From Phoronis australis (Eukaryota > Animalia > Phoronida): 64,000 nucleotides of DNA. Shown here piece by piece: positions 61,311 through 64,000 of the stretch. Location: the NCBI GenBank assembly GCA_002633005.1, contig NMRA01000347.1:248001-312000 (forward strand). Direction: 5' to 3'. Under the pieces are notes generated by a model. That model saw only the letters and a program-made list of their open reading frames with translations, made no database searches and was not told the origin of the DNA. The translations under genes and the position numbers were made by a program. Every line of letters begins with the position of its first letter. Within the stretch, counting starts at the first letter, position 1.

Positions 61311-64000
61311 AATTACATCGCACTGGATGCCGCAGGCATTCAGGGGCGATAGTACATCCTCACAAAAAGTTACTCATTTCAAAATACAGCAAATAAAATC
61401 AAATGAACCATACATATAGGAACACGGAGTTATAATTAACACATACCACGACTTTGGATACAATTTAGTCAGCANGGAAACACTATTCCGTCACCATGGT
61501 AATAGTTACATGTATGTCCACTTTCATATCATGGAAACTGTTGCTGTCGAATAGTGTTTGTAATGCTAAATGTTGTAAAGTATTGTGCATTTTAAGTTAC
61601 TTATTATGTTAAAAGTTTGAATCATTTTGGGTTAATGAATAAAAAATGATAACATGTTGTATTGGACTTGTCATACTTATGTGCTCGAACGAGCCCCCTT
61701 TTTGGAGAACTGGAAAAAGGTCTTCCTCGGTCACAGAAGCACGAATTCCGGAAAAAGTAGAAAATGCGACAATATTCCACTAGAAGACAGGAAGTACCAA
61801 AATTTAGAGTCTGCAATTCATAGCTCTGAACATACCCACTGAATCTTATAGTAAAAGATAGACATTCCCAAAAATTCCAGTCCCCCCTCCATTCTTTTAG
61901 GCTTGGTGCGGTCATACAAAATCTGCGAAAATCTCTATTGAAAGCCAACAACTTTGCACAGTTCGCCAGAAATACCCAAGTTTGAGCGAGCGCTGAGGCC
62001 AGCGACCAGTTAGGCCTAAGGGTAGCCTTGGCGCAAAGCTGTATATGCCTACTAACAAGCTGTATTTTGGCGATAGTCTTCACTGGTAGCTGGTGACTGA
62101 CTCGGGCTAACTAAGGTCTGCCGCGGCAGTGTGACACAGGACTAACCAGCCCGTAATTTCATGCAAGTGTCTGAAACTACATATATATGCAGCATTTATG
62201 ATTTGACCATTTTACTTCGACAAAACAGCTTGCAACCACATGCATTTACCGTTCGCCAGTGTCTGGTCTCGATCCGCACCGGGTCCGATAGGATGCGGTC
62301 CCGAGTCTGGCAAAATAATTTCTGTCAACATTTAGTCGCCACATTTCTTCAGCAAATTCGATAAAATTGTCCGTAGTTTGATTTTATTAAAATTAAGGCG
62401 TGCTGTCAATTATTTTATCCCCGTTTGCTGACTGGTAACAGTACAGGCACTGCTCCAGTCACACTGACGGCGTTTTCTCGGCCTGGGTTCATGAATGAAT
62501 TGTACCTCCGGTTTCGCGGCAAGTTCAAAATGGCGGTGGTTCTTCGGGTGCGAATCTTGAGTGGCGCGTTCATTTAAACTTTTTTCGAGTACGGACCGTG
62601 TATTAGTTATGGGGTAGGCACTTCTTGGATCCTTATAAAATCCTTTAACCATGTAATAAGGGTTAACAACGCGTGAGAGAAGGACTTTAACCCTTACAGG
62701 TTGACCCACACTATACACGGTTACCCACAATCCCCGACAGTCTGATTGACACGTGCGAGTGTCCGGCGAACACCTTTAGTCCTGTGTAATTTGTAAATAG
62801 TGGTCTTAATTTCTTCAATCTTCAGTCGCCAGACGGCGGTCAGGGCAGTTTTTTCGATACAGTCTCTCCTTTTGGTTATTGGCCGCAGCTCTCAATGCTG
62901 TTGTATTTCACATATACGTCCAACGTGTTTCTGTCGACAAGTGTGAAATCTCGTCTATTGTATCCGTGAATATTCAGCAGTGCCCGGTATATAGGTGGCA
63001 AGGAGGCCCCCAGAGAGGGACACAGTTTTGCTTTCCCTAAAATTGTATTTCTGAATTTAAATATCAATATGCGCTGCATAATCTATTCACAGCAAGTTTT
63101 CTCGGGCTAGTTCGAAGTATGGTTTTATAAACAGCAGTTTCACACTGTCAGGAAATTATTCGGGCACGCCGTGCGTACCTCGCTTAATACGGCTTTGGTT
63201 AGAGTTCAGTGATGCTAGGACCTCGTTAAAAAGTAAGACTTAGCGAGATTAGGTGAGATAATGCCGTGTATTTTAAATGAGAACATGTGATTTTGGCTAA
63301 ATTTCAGCGTGGCACCTAGTGTTTTTGAACTCTACCATAGTTTACACGAATTCTTTCTTTTATTTTATCCCATACGCGTTGAATCTGTCGAGCGAAACAC
63401 GTCCATGTAATAATGTTTCCGTATTCAACTCCCGCACTACTTCAAAAGCGACCTGTGACATAGAAAGTTCAAAAGGTAGGTCAATGTCGACTCGACGTGT
63501 ATAGCTGGTTCGATAATCAAACTTTCGGAAAATAGCAATGCAATTGCAACAGTGAGTAACAAGCAAACCACAATAAAGGTACATTCATTTCAAACTACGA
63601 TATCAATACCAATATCATGACCAAATTTCTTTCGATATGGATATTCACGGAAATCTCAATTACAATATGCATACAAATTAACATGTTTATTCCGCAAAAC
63701 AACATAACATAACATAACAGATAGCAAAACTGGCCACAGAACAGTAATACTGGTAAATGCAAAAATACTTTAATTCAAGTGCAGACGAAGTCTAAGGGGA
63801 GACAGTGTCCCTTATGAGATAATGTCCCTCTTCCTTTGAATTCGAGTCCAACTGGAACACACTGATTGACACTAGTAAGGCTTATACTTCTTCAGCCTAT
63901 CTATACTAAGCAAGCGCTAGTATAATGGACCACATGAGCGGCCCGCGACTGTCTGGTAACAGACAGCTTCCATTTTTTAAGACACAGCATGGGAGTGACT

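Larger units (their letters stand above)
53420..64000 (+). repeat. Segmental duplication, copy B (continues past window end)
   Basis: Direct-orientation paralog of 12330-20797. Confidence 0.9.

Noticed and set aside
62410-62830. Integrase-like coding fragment
   Set aside because: Only vague resemblance, with stops and no catalytic motif; cannot be supported.

Overview
Intron-rich animal (probably invertebrate) genomic DNA, not prokaryotic. The main feature is a minus-strand complement C3-family gene (49424->21950). I assembled it by hand into 22 GT-AG exons with compatible phases, giving an uninterrupted 3135-nt ORF (1044 aa). It keeps the signal peptide, MG1-MG8, LNK and a basic beta/alpha processing site. 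It has cleanly lost the anaphylatoxin domain, the whole CUB-thioester(TED)-CUB cassette (MG7 splices to MG8 across a 476-nt intron) and the C345C domain (stop codon in the anchor exon), so it encodes a 'macroglobulin-ring-only' C3. A convergent plus-strand multi-exon gene of unknown function occupies ~0.65-15.6 kb. Region ~12.3-20.8 kb is duplicated at ~53.4-64.0 kb; the copy carries pseudo-exons of the plus gene and the apparent C3-like 3' end, which predicts a tandem C3 paralog just right of the window. The rest is TE relics (L1/Tx1 LINE, Penelope, several MITE families, THAP fragments), mini/microsatellites and assembly gaps. All splice models come from reading the sequence and need RNA confirmation.
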